From Perna viridis (Eukaryota), in contig CM074514.1 of assembly GCA_037379345.1 (NCBI GenBank), forward strand, positions 45,012,001 through 45,076,000: a DNA stretch of 64,000 nt, given 5' to 3'. Shown piece by piece: positions 28,201 to 39,000 of this stretch. The translations under genes were made by a program, and so were the position numbers. Position 1 is the first letter of the stretch; every line of letters begins with the position of its first letter. The notes below the pieces were generated by a model. The model did no database searches, had not been told where the DNA came from, and was given only the letters and a program-made list of their open reading frames with translations.

Positions 28201-28678
28201 TGAACTATACAGCTACATGGTTGGCATAGTGGTATTTTTAGCCACCATTCAGTTTCTAAAACTGCTCCAGTTCAACAAGAAGATGAACATGCTTGGTGAC
28301 ACTGTCAGTCTGGCAGCAAAGGATCTAAAAGTATTTTCTTTTGCATTTATCGTCTATTTCCTTGCGTTTACAATGTTCGGTTTTCTATTGTTTGGAACGA
28401 CTTTGTATCCGTTTTCCGGGTTCATTACAGCAGCCGAGTCAATGTTTGCATTCACCCTGGGTAGTTTTGATTTTGCAGCAATGGAAGCCTCCCAAAAAAT
28501 ACTTGGTCCGATATTCTTTTTCTTGTTCATATTCATCGTATACGTTGGTCTGATGAGTATCTTCCTGACAATCATCGCTGATGCATTTAACACAGTCAAA
28601 GAAAACGTTGCTACCCAAACTAACGACTATGAAATTGTTGACTTTATATGGAAGAAAATTAAAGGTGTTATTGGCTAG
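4209..28678 (+). CDS. Polycystin-1-like (PKD1-family) gene A, complete, 25 exons, about 2826 aa
   Basis: Exons: 4209-4251, 4608-5183, 7463-10446, 10829-10864, 11481-11606, 11895-11988, 12182-12291, 12608-12955, 14073-14307, 14739-14836, 15078-15231, 15631-15996, 16476-16597, 17354-17581, 17766-17936, 18259-18419, 18624-18954, 19616-20000, 20536-20675, 21647-21788, 25026-25264, 26456-26633, 26836-27275, 27487-27745, 28164-28678. All introns are GT-AG with matching phases; the total of 8481 nt is divisible by 3. Motifs: signal peptide MKIRQCFGVTIILLGFAAKVLG, PKD-type xFGDG, GPS HLTSF, PLAT (IWHDNSG, FLCDRWL), SxFTRVQR, TOP (YKGGGY, WIDIHTR, YNPNVNLF), S5-pore-S6. Confidence 0.9.
4608..5183 (+). 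other. Gene A exon 2: LamG/concanavalin-like beta-sandwich domain
   Basis: Pattern GFSI...IFSNGG...GFYLF...FLMTWNETSGLRVYVD...FLIG...IEEIEFYD resembles the LamG-3 jelly-roll. Symmetric phase 1-1 exon. Confidence 0.6.
5480..5520 (+). mobile_element. Minimal (about 40 nt) 3' tip of the same Penelope-like family
   Basis: ttccgctagaatcttggttcccttgacatgattactct matches the terminus at 21070-21103. Confidence 0.6.
6017..6927 (+). mobile_element. Penelope-like retroelement, 5'-truncated (RT C-half plus 3' UTR); longest copy
   Basis: QQTVGILMGTNCAPLLADL...FRYIDDVL...SYLDL...DKRDDF are PLE-type RT motifs. The RT end is frameshifted. The 3' end is ggttcccatgattactc. Confidence 0.8.
7463..10446 (+). 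other. Gene A exon 3 (2984 nt): WSC domain, several PKD repeats and the first part of REJ
   Basis: LGCVD...CRLMC...CYCAN...C is WSC-like. Repeated DMGDG/DFGD/DHGDG/NFGDG with H.Y...G.Y strands are PKD-like. YSWK...PPVAYIAG...SRDPD is REJ-like. Confidence 0.8.
13330..13640 (-). mobile_element. Decayed RTE-clade LINE, ORF C-terminal fragment
   Basis: Minus-strand translation RK*AFIWHTLRR ... GKTWDQKDKLAVDRRKWKTF resembles the RTE C-terminal W.GH.LR ... LA.DR..W motif; contains a stop. Confidence 0.55.
14323..14548. mobile_element. Short MITE-like element with imperfect terminal inverted repeats
   Basis: taccgtacagccggataatttttgcgg ... ccgctaaaaataaccgccatttcgtcggta. Confidence 0.4.
16476..17581 (+). 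other. Gene A GPS motif and TM1 (exons 13-14)
   Basis: GCKFWNEEEQMYKSDGLL|VSNDTTIWKTICLSTHL^TSFGGDFAVPPNTIDF followed by a hydrophobic helix. Confidence 0.85.
20709..21103 (+). mobile_element. Penelope-like element 3' fragment (same family)
   Basis: Highly similar to about 6535-6927; same 3' terminus ccttgattactct. Confidence 0.85.
22428..24369 (-). CDS. Secreted C1q-domain-containing protein, 2 exons (24369-24192, 22852-22428), 200 aa, nested antisense in intron 20 of gene A
   Basis: Signal peptide MKFEIWCSCVVVFGFGSLQT, short heptad segment LQTLENTIVQYEVRLQNL, phase-1 GT-AG intron, and gC1q motifs FDSVLIDDGKNFNSGDGIFIAPLSGIYMFSW...KGDHVWI...SSFMGLFI. CDS is 603 nt. Confidence 0.88.
22960..23400 (+). 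mobile_element. Probable Helentron-associated (HINE/pearl-like) non-autonomous repeat fragment in the C1q intron
   Basis: gagctttgctattatttggcgtccgtcgtcgtt...aatcttctcc...accaaactgggtatgaat...aacatggccacc resembles common bivalve HINE-type repeats. Recognition only, not searched. Confidence 0.4.
23755..24000. repeat. Minisatellite, 98-bp unit x about 2.5, with internal (AATTG)n inverted pair
   Basis: tgactgtcattaatcattagggtaac recurs at 23755, 23853 and 23951. Confidence 0.9.
24426..24433 (-). promoter_or_regulatory. Candidate TATA box of the nested C1q gene
   Basis: TATAAATA on the minus strand about 57 nt upstream of the ATG. An AATAAA also lies at 22409-22414, just after the stop. Confidence 0.45.
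25026..28678 (+). other. Gene A TRPP-like channel region (S1, TOP, S2-S6; exons 21-25)
   Basis: REIAIYLLFV, PRLRQLRV, GGGY, SFWNKLE, FLKLLQFNKKM, FTLGSFDF, LGPIFF; stop TAG at 28676-28678. Confidence 0.9.
25427..26352 (+). mobile_element. Older, diverged copy of the same Penelope-like family, interrupted by about 270 nt of unrelated sequence
   Basis: ccccaaagaacttgagataaagga..., ggttatgttgctacaagatt..., acgcttaccctaccggtgcac... are recognisable with many substitutions. Confidence 0.7.
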
Positions 28679-30042
28679 CGTTAAATCAACATGTGTATTT
28701 AGACCATGGAGAACGGAATGATGGAAGCGTAACTATAAATGTTTAAGTAAATTTAATGTTTAATCACGGAATTTAGACAACAAATCAAATTTTGATTTGA
28801 TACAGTTCACAAAAACTGTTCATAATCGTTTGTTTGTCACAAGTCGTATATCAATAATATCGGCATCAATAAGTTCTCAGAAAACAAATACAAAAAGCTG
28901 TGATAATTGTTTAACTAATTAATATTTATTTGTTTGTTATTAATGTTTATGTTGTATTATGTATTAAAATTGCGCAGTAAAATTGTTAAATACATATGTT
29001 AAAGGTTCAACTAAACGGAAGGTATGTGGTCACTCAGTCTCAATTTGATTTGATGGACTTATCTCTTCTATACTTCCATTTCAATATAAGGTATTTCTGC
29101 TATTTGTATAATAGAAATAGTCTGAATGCTGTTCATGGTAATGTCATGTCATCTAAATTTGGTGCTGTATGTCCCTCCTGATACTGAACCACAAAACAAA
29201 ATATACAATTTACATTTAAAAACTTTACATGCAACATCAATATTTATAACGAGCTAAACATATCAGCAAGACTTAAAAGATATAGTAGCTAGTATAATGT
29301 AGCATTTCCAGTTATAAACGAGGAAAGAACGATTTTTATGGTTGCAAAATTGGTATAAATTCGCACGATTGGACACAATACCAATTTATATTTAAGGAAT
29401 GATTGGGATATTTTTTTGTGTGTGTGAAGAAATGACTAACCACTTTTCGCACACTAAATATCAATTGCGAACCTATGAGATGATAAAATGATTTTTATCA
29501 AAATAGGAAACGCATAACCTATTAAATTATATTACCTTCATATGTAAACATAGTATAAAAAATCATGGCAGTAATAAAATACTATCGTCCCAGTGATCTT
29601 TATTTAGTTCAACAAAATATAAGTAAATAAACAAAACAATGAATCTATTTTAACCAACAAGTACCATAAATGATTATAATTAATCCGATTACTGGCATAG
29701 TTTAAACCATTGTTACGAACCCTGAATACACCAACTTTCATACTTATTGGAATACAATGACTTGGAAAGACTAATTTATACTCAAAATATACGTATTTCC
29801 AACGTACATCTCAAAGCTATACCAACATCGACTACCATTTTCTCACCATTTAAAATGTTGGAAACATTCAGTTTTTATTCGAAATACATGCTGTAAATTA
29901 GCATTGAATAAGCAAATCTAATAACGACAGGAATTTTAAAACATGCATAGTATCGTTCGCCATTAAAATTTACAATAACCAATCAATTTTACTACATCCT
30001 ATTTCGCTTTTCATTTGAAAGGATGGAACTGATCTATACTTA

Positions 30043-33000
30043 TTAGCACTTCGAAGTACTAGGGGCATACCACTTCTGAGCCTTAAACACTGGATGTTGC
30101 ATAGCGCTTCCAGGATTAAAAGTGAGGGGCTTTTTAGAAGAACCCACAAAAAGACGGGAAAATACTGGCGACTGCAATCCGCTACTCTCGCCGTACGGTG
30201 TTACGTCAGAACCCGTACAAACAGCAGCCAAGTTGTCAAGACGAACAAATATGTCCTCTAACTTATTATCCAAGTTTTCCATCGACTGTCCCATTTCTTT
30301 TATATCATCGTCACCTAAAATAAAACAAAAAAAATATTTTAGTTGTTCGAATTGTCTGGTATGTTCTATATTTTACTGTACCGACACTAAACTATCAACT
30401 TCTCTTATAAGAACGTAACAACATTCAACAAGATACCGGACTCGTTGGGAGACCTGGGATTTATCTGTTTCAACATTTATACTAAGTCCGCATTAATATG
30501 ACTTTTAACAAAATATACGTGATGTGTTTACCTATGACCGTGACTAACAACACTAACTCGAACAGAAATATGAATTGTGGGCTTCTAACCTAATGCCCCT
30601 CATAGAAAAAACGCACAGAAAAATCAAAAATACAAAATACACCATGGCCAAATTATACACAATTTTCAAAAAAATACTATTGGAATATATTCTGATGAAT
30701 TTTCATGCAATTTAGCGAATTTTAACTGAAACCTTGCATTAAATACTTCATTCAAAATAAAGTAAAATGTGGCTTTGCATTCTAAAGATCAATATCCATA
30801 CATTTAGCAGTAAAGTGGTTTGTGCACAATGAAATGTTTTGGCTATGAATAGCAATCGCATGCTACCCCCCCCCCCCCAAGCGTGGTTTACAATATATCA
30901 ATACAGTTACTACGTACGCAAAGACGTAAAATGTATTTACCTTTTATAAAGCAAAACACTTTTCATATATATCTATATATAAACGTCCCAGAATGTGACG
31001 AGACTATTCGCTACACTGCTCCATCGGATCAAATTGATAAAGGGAAGATAATATAAACTTATAGAAGGGTCTGAAAATTCCCAACGATGTCAGAACTGTC
31101 GTATTTGCGACAAAATTTTTGGTCGTACCCTCCGCGGGACTCGAACTCGTATCGCTGTGACATCTATGGCAACAACGCCTGTATCAAGTCCAGCGCCCTA
31201 GACCACTCGACCAGCTAGGCTACAAAAATATAGCTTTTGCTGACCGGGTCATTCCTCCTCGTAGGATTAATCTAGGGCTGTAACTTAGTACACGATGTAT
31301 GGTAGTGCGGGAGAGTTCATCTAGGTATTATTATGTAGGATAGAGGATCAAACTAATGATGCATGTCACAACAAATCGGGTCAAATTGATACAGGGCAAA
31401 TGGAGCAGTGTAGCGAATAGAGTCGTCACATTGAAACGATATGAATATTATTGAAGTTAATACTTACTTAGGAAATATTTCAATTTTATATCTTGTAATA
31501 TTCTATTGAAGTTAATTCCAGTCCATGCCACAAAACGACTCCACATAAACGACACTAGCTCATATTCGTTGCTTTGTTTTGAAACATCATTCTTGATAAC
31601 TGCTATTGACTCATTAAGGATGGCAACAAAAATATTTATCAGTAAAAACATTACAGTAAAGAAAAAAGCGAAGAAAAACAACGGACCAAACACCCTGTTT
31701 GCACCTTCCAGAGAACGGTAGTCGTATTTGCCAAGAGCAAATGTGAGTAATGTTTCCATTGCATGTAAGATAGTTCTGTATGTTGACAAATTTGGTCCAA
31801 ACATTAAGTATCCCCACATTGCATAAGCAAGCATGAACATAAATAGAGCAAAAGAGAATGCTGACAACTCATTGGCAGAATTTCGGATAACTCCAGCAAT
31901 CATCGACATTCTTCGATTAAACCGGAACATGTGTAATAGCTTTATGATACAAACGAATATAGTGCAGGCAATGAGATAACCGAAAATTTCGTCCCACATT
32001 GCAAGTCGTTGAAAGTTGTAGTACTTATCTGAAAAAGAAAAAAAATATATATATACTTTTACAGGAAAACATTGTTTTTATCAACTATTATTCATACAGT
32101 GCTTTTTTACATAGTGTATCTCTTAAGTAGTAATATGTGACCCCATACATGTATGTACTCATTCTAATATTGTACAAGCATTCGTAGATCACATCATTGT
32201 AAATTTTTATTATATCAAATGGAGTTCAATGTCTAAGTGCTAAAATCTGTCAGACTGAGGAATAGCTGAAAAATAATGAATCATGCTAAAAAAAACACGC
32301 GACTTTGACAATGCAGGCATATTGTTTATGATCTTATGACAGTTCGTTTATCTTAGAAGTTTATGAGAATGTAGAAATGGGACTGTAAAGTTACAATACA
32401 ATCAAACCCCAAATTAATGCCATTTCTGCATTTTAGAGAACATTCGGAATAAGATTTCAAGAGAAGAATCGTGTTTTTTTTTCCAATATGAATCACCCAC
32501 TTTCTGATTCTTTAAGAAAATAGTACATAAAATGATTTTAAAGTCACTAGATACAAAACAGACATTACAATGCAAGAGAGGGGTTGGTCCTAAAAACCAC
32601 AATACAAAAGATTTTTTTAAATATACTTACTAGTCACGAAAAGTAAGGAAGTTTCAACATGTAAGCTTGTGTTTTTTGTGAAATACACCACATAAGCATT
32701 AAATTAATTACCTCTTAATTTCTTGACAGTCCGCAATGCCAGAGTTGCTATCGCATGTCTGATCATGTACATAACTATACTGACAATAGCCAGACAAAGG
32801 TTAGAAAATTCCAGAAAGTTCCAAAAACTTTTAAAATACTGCCTGCCTTCAATTTTGATTCGCCTTATTTCCCTCACAAGGTAATAAACAACGAATATTA
32901 CTGCTAGAATTTCACACGCCAACACAAAAATCCCGTATCCGCCAATATAGGAAAACAATCGGAACGTCTTTAAGAAGAACTCCGGAACAATCTCACCTGT

Positions 33001-36000
33001 TGTGCTCTGCTCGAATGATATGAAAATGTTTGAGAACATATTAACATTCGGGTTGTAGATTGAAAATTCGATAAAGAAACCTCTAGTGTATCTATCAAAC
33101 CAGTCATATTTCTCAAGATCCTCAATTCTCTTCTGCACTCTCTTTAGATTTCCTATTAAATCTGCTACATATCCGCCACCAGAATAAGTGCCATAGGTCC
33201 CTGTAAAGGGAACTCCGTCATTTTCTAAAAGAGTCCTGTACTTCCAGGGATAGTTTGGGATTCTTTCAATTGATGCTTTATTTGACACATGTTTCCAACC
33301 CTCACCGTAGGTTTCTTTATCTTCTAAGTTTGGTGACCAATCAAGACTGCAATTACGGATGACTGTACGAACACGGAACGGAACTTTACACATCTCTGAA
33401 AATTTATATCATCAAAATATTATATCTGAATAATATCTACATTGTTCTTCTTGACTACAATGGAAATTCGCCAAATATTGAAAATAACTTCTCTCGTTGT
33501 ATACTGTGAGAATAAGGAGATTATCACCGAAAACGAAAGAGAAATGCACCTTTGTTAACATTATTGTCAAATGTTTTGGTTTTCATTTCTTGGCATTTAA
33601 GAAATACATTTTGAAACTAAAGGATTTTTGATATTGAAATTTAAGTTGTGAAATGTATCTTTTAATGTTTCGTTCTCACCTGGTTTAACTCGTTCTTGTC
33701 TGATTCTGACAGGGCCTACTCTATATGAGGTAAATGTGGAAACAATTCTATCACCAAGTGAACCCAACAGATCCCCATTCCAGTGTGTGTCTACGTAGAG
33801 ATTGGGTACAAGTTCTACATTGATCCAGCGCCATACATCTTTAGGTTCATGTATCTGTGGAACAAATTTATAAATCCATTTTAATCAGAATAACAAAAAA
33901 TATTTTCAATTTTGTGAACCAAGTAATCGTTTTTCAAAAAAAAACATCATGATTGAAACTTTTACCCATATTTAAAATATGAAAGTTTAATGAGTTACTT
34001 ATATCCACAAAAAGTATTCCTACATTAATGAAAGCCACTGTACATTTCCTATAAATGACACATACAATGCAGGAACATGGTTTATAAAAGTAGCCACTAA
34101 CCTTAGTGAAATTGTTTTCTACAGTAAGCATTTTCATGATGGCGTCTTTAACATTGAATGATCTTGTGTCTCTGTTTTGATTTGCAACCAGAACAATAAG
34201 TGTAATGAACAGAAAATAGAAAATTATTTCCTTCAAAATCGAATGCATTTTCATTTCTTTTAGTCTGACGTCTCTTGCTTTAGCAACTTCTAGAGGATCA
34301 GGCGGCTCAACTTGCAGAGTACTTCGCAATTCTAAAAATAAAGCAAACGAAAATATTAGAATATCAAATCTATGTGTGATAATGATTTTTTTCTCCGACA
34401 ACTGTTATGTGCACTAAACTTTGAAAAATTAATTAAATAAGAAAAAGTCTTTTTTTTTAACTCAATATCTCATGATTAAGTTAAACCTCAACTTACAAAC
34501 GACACTCAATATTAGACATTGCTATATAACATATATAAATGTTTAAGTTAGTAGACCTAAGATACCCCCACCAACATTTTCTCCATTATTCAATTTTCTT
34601 AAAAATTTGTACATGATATTACACTAACTGTGGTACTGCCAAATTTTTAATAAAATGCACGCGCAGATTATGAACAATGAGGACTAAAATATTGCTATTT
34701 TAGAAATCTGAATCAGTAGCCAAAATATATCATATCTGGTATTCTAGAAATTATAAGATTTAACATGAAATTTTTATTCTATCTATTTTGTGGAAGCGAT
34801 GCTAGGCTTTTAATTTGCCAAAATAACAAAAAAGGTAAATTTTAGCTATCTGCTTATAAAAAAACTGCCATTTGCAAAAAAGTCCATGAATCAATTTTCG
34901 TTGTAATGATCGTAGGGTAAGGTATAGAAATAAAAAAAAAATTATGGCTAAAATCATGTTTCTATTCAATAAGGGTACCAAATATCAAATTTTGATGACT
35001 TTTAATTGATGACAGAACATTTCTGGGTGCAGCATGAGTCAATTACTGTTGCAAAATAATGTCACACAAATATTCATATTTCTGCACGAAAGGAAAATCT
35101 TATATGATAAACATAGTTCAATGCTGAACAAAGCAACAAAACGAAAACCAAAAGCTTGAAGTCTTATAAGGAATTATAAAAGAAGTATATTTTCTTAACT
35201 CTAAATTGTTAAGGAGTTATAAAACTGGCAAGACTATTGGTTAATCGCACTATCTCATGAAAGGAAACATTTTCATATTTCTATTTGAATATTTTATTTA
35301 AAGGAATCTTGATTTTCAATAGAAGGGATAATTTCAAACACTTCTCCACCTAATACAAATATATTCCCTATTGTACCTATTTAAAACATTTAATCAATAA
35401 TTCAAAAGACACATTTGTTGGGGCTACATCTTTACTCTAGAAGTTGAACAGTTTCTTGGAGTTACTTCCCTTTAACATCAGTATCACTTAGATGCTTGCA
35501 TATTAGAAGTCATTCAAACGCTTCAGTGACTAAAATCCTTTTTATCTGGATAATCTTCCTCACCCCAGGTCAACTACCTTAAACAGTCTTATCCAAACGT
35601 TTAGAGAACAGAATACTTGTGTATAATTAATAAAAATCACATCCATCTCGTTTCGTGCCTAATACCACATGTATTTGTAAGTGATAACCTCTACTGGGTT
35701 TAGCGTGGATCAGCTCTTCATCGTCTTTTGGTTTATTTGAAGTTTCGTCGTCAAAATCTGTTTCTTCCTCAATATCAGGTTTCCGTAGCAACACAGCAAG
35801 GACAACTGCTATGATGATTATCTATATAAAAAGACGGGTTTCAACATGTATTCTCTTAACCTTTAGTTAAGTATTACATTGTATTCAAACATTTTAATAT
35901 TGAAATGTATATATAGCATAAACCTAAACTCCATTGTACACCTTTCAAACCACCTTCCAATTCCTACGAACCATTTTAATAAACAAGTGTTCTACTGTTC

Positions 36001-39000
36001 TAGCTTTTGAATGTTACTAGACATTAATACTAATTATGAAACACCTGTTACGATCATTGAATGATTTACATATAGACTTAGTAAGTGGCTTAGTATCAAT
36101 CACGGCGGAGAAATAAAAACTTAAAAAACGTCTCTTTAAAAAACTGATTTTAAACCAATTTCATATCATCTAAAAATATAAACTTTAGGATAATACAAAT
36201 GTATTTACCTTAGTAGGTTGTATGACTGTTACTGATTCAAATATAGAAAGAATCATAGATGTAAGCCAGTTTAACGATTTCTCTCGCCCCCATTCCATAC
36301 TGTATAGAAATGTAAAGAACCCTGAAACTCCGACGGAAAGGAATACTAAAAACCATCCTATATAAACAAAACAATGAGGGAATTTAAATTTTGATTTCTT
36401 TTTAGTTTTCTTTTGATTAAATGTAGTCTCTCCTGTTGTTTCAAATTCGTTTTCAGTTTTCTTTTTCTCATGATCCAATTCAAGGTCTGCTACATCGTTG
36501 ATGGTCAGATCATCAGCTTTAGTTAGACCCGGTTTTAGTCTTATTTCAGACAATGTTCTAACTGGTTTGACATTTCCCATAAAAGCGTTAGAGACTCTTG
36601 CCTCCTTCGGTCTTGATTTTCGGAATATAAGATCAATCAAAATGTTAATTGGTAAAACTATCATGCTAGAAACAAAGCTTATATATAATCCATGTAGGGT
36701 AAACTCTAACGGTCCAATTCTAAAAGCCTCCACATTTTTTACATTTTGATCAGCTTCGTAAAACATGGCATTTGCGATCATAGTTGTAAATACTAATGAT
36801 AGAATACATGAAAGACGTTGTGACCGGGTGAAGTTGCTCCTCTGTGGTCGTGAAAATATAGACACCCATAAGTGGGAGTCACTAAAACTTCTTTTTGTTT
36901 TTGTCATAAATAGATTTTGGAAGCTGACTAGGTCTTGGGCACCAGCAACTGGAATGAGACGATCTATCATACCATCATCTTCCTCCACTGCAAACCATTT
37001 ATTACACAGAAAGAAAAACCTTGAAAAGAAAAGAATGATTTTTTAGCATCAAAGTGGAAGTCGGATGAAGACTTACAACTTATTTACAACTGAAACAACA
37101 GAATGATAAGTTGTAATTGACATGATAAGCATTCAATTATCAAAGCAAGACAGTTGTATACTGGGAAATGACTGACATGAGTTAAATTTTAAAACTTAAA
37201 ATTAACACTTAAAAATTAATGGTGTATCCAGGGGATTCTGTGGATGGGAAAACCCACTTTATAGAAATATTTTGCTAATTTCGTGCAAAAATGGCAATAA
37301 TCGGCAAATAATAGTGTGGAGCCCAACTTTTTTTGAAACCACTGTGGAGCCCAACTTTTTCAAAATCTTTGGATTCGCCACCGAAAAACGTCATTTTGCT
37401 CGAAGGATTTTATAACAGATAAGAATTTTTTTTATATAGTACATACGTTTCCCTGGTCTGTAGGTCTGTTACAATTATTTTACTGAGATACCATCCTTGA
37501 CTTCTCCCTTTCCCGGAATTGTCATGCCATATTCTAATGAATGTCAATGGCCCTAACCATTCTTTGACGCTCATTATATAGTGGTTTATACTGCCTCTTG
37601 ACAAAGTCTACACCAAAGATATGTAACAATGTTGAGATCCGGTTTGACAGTTTAAATTGTATCCATGCGATATTAAACATTTTAAAGTTTGTTAATTGAA
37701 AAAAAAGTATTTTCAATTTTAAAACTGTGCCTATTGGTGATGAATTCGTAATTATTCTAAGAGTGCAAAATACGCCCTTGTTGAATCAATATATAATGTC
37801 GTCATAGATAAATACAGAAATGTTTTTGATCTCTAAAAAATCCATACCTTCATTTGCTTCTCATCTTCAAGTTGTCTTGGCCCAGTATCTTTGAAATCTC
37901 CCGCCAAAACAAAATTAACACGAGACCTTGTTCCCGCCCCTCTTCTCATGCCTGTACATATTGTTATCTGGTAACAATATGTTTCTTGTGATATGTTGTC
38001 CATCAATGGCGATACTCCCCACTATAAAATATTTAATTAATGAAAAGTTAAAAACTAAATCCTTAAATATACAAGAATATCGTTTAGCTAGATCCTTTAA
38101 TCTTAGTTTCCGCTATATAGATGAAGTATTATCTTTAAACAATCCTAAATTCGGGGATTTGATACATCGCATCTACCCCAAAGAACTTGAGATAAAGGAT
38201 ACTTCAGGCACTGTGAAGTCAGACTCATACCTTGACCTACACTTAGAAATCGATGGTAAAGGAAAACTATTGACAAAACCTTACGACAAAGGTGATGACT
38301 TTTCATTCAAAATTGTCAACTTTCCTTTCATCTGTGGCAACATCCCTTTCAGCACCTGCGTATGTGTTCATATCACAACTCACAAGTTATGCCAGATCTT
38401 GCCGAAACTACGCAGAATTTTTGTATCGCGCTAGAATTCTAACAAATAGGCTTCTGGAGCTGGGTTATGTTGCTACAAGATTGAAGTCATCACTACAGAA
38501 GTTTTATGGTCGTCATCATGAACTCGTAGATCGTTATGGTATATCCACCTGCACCATGAAAACTGATTTATTCAACGGGTCATGGTTTTCCTTTCCTCGT
38601 TCGTCTACCACGGACTTGACTTTTTATGAGCAATTCGGTGAGTGTTTCTAGAAAAGCAGAGGACGCTTACCCTCCCGGTGCACGTGGTCCATGCTCCCAG
38701 TTTTTTAGTCCGAGTTGCTCATTTGCTTTTGTTACTTTGTATGTACGATTTTAGTTACTTTATGTTCTTTGTTGTGTATGTCTTTTTTCCATGTCTAGTC
38801 TTTGTCCCTGGATTACATTCTTTTGATTTCCGCTATAACCTATAAAGTGCAGAGTGTAATATGACCTCAAATATCAAGTCAATGTAGTACGACAGTTCAG
38901 ATTCTGTAAATTTGACAAAAAGATTTGAAGTAAAAGTTTAAAGTTTCATTGAAAACAATATCAAATACCTTAACAATGTCCTTTTTATCCTGATATCGTG

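Noticed and set aside
31121-31221. Functional tRNA gene
   Set aside because: No clean acceptor or anticodon stems and an over-long centre; better explained as a SINE-type head.
25026-34331. Stand-alone PKD2/TRPP genes
   Set aside because: Both channel regions are joined in phase to upstream PLAT/GPS exons, so they are the C-termini of PKD1-like genes.
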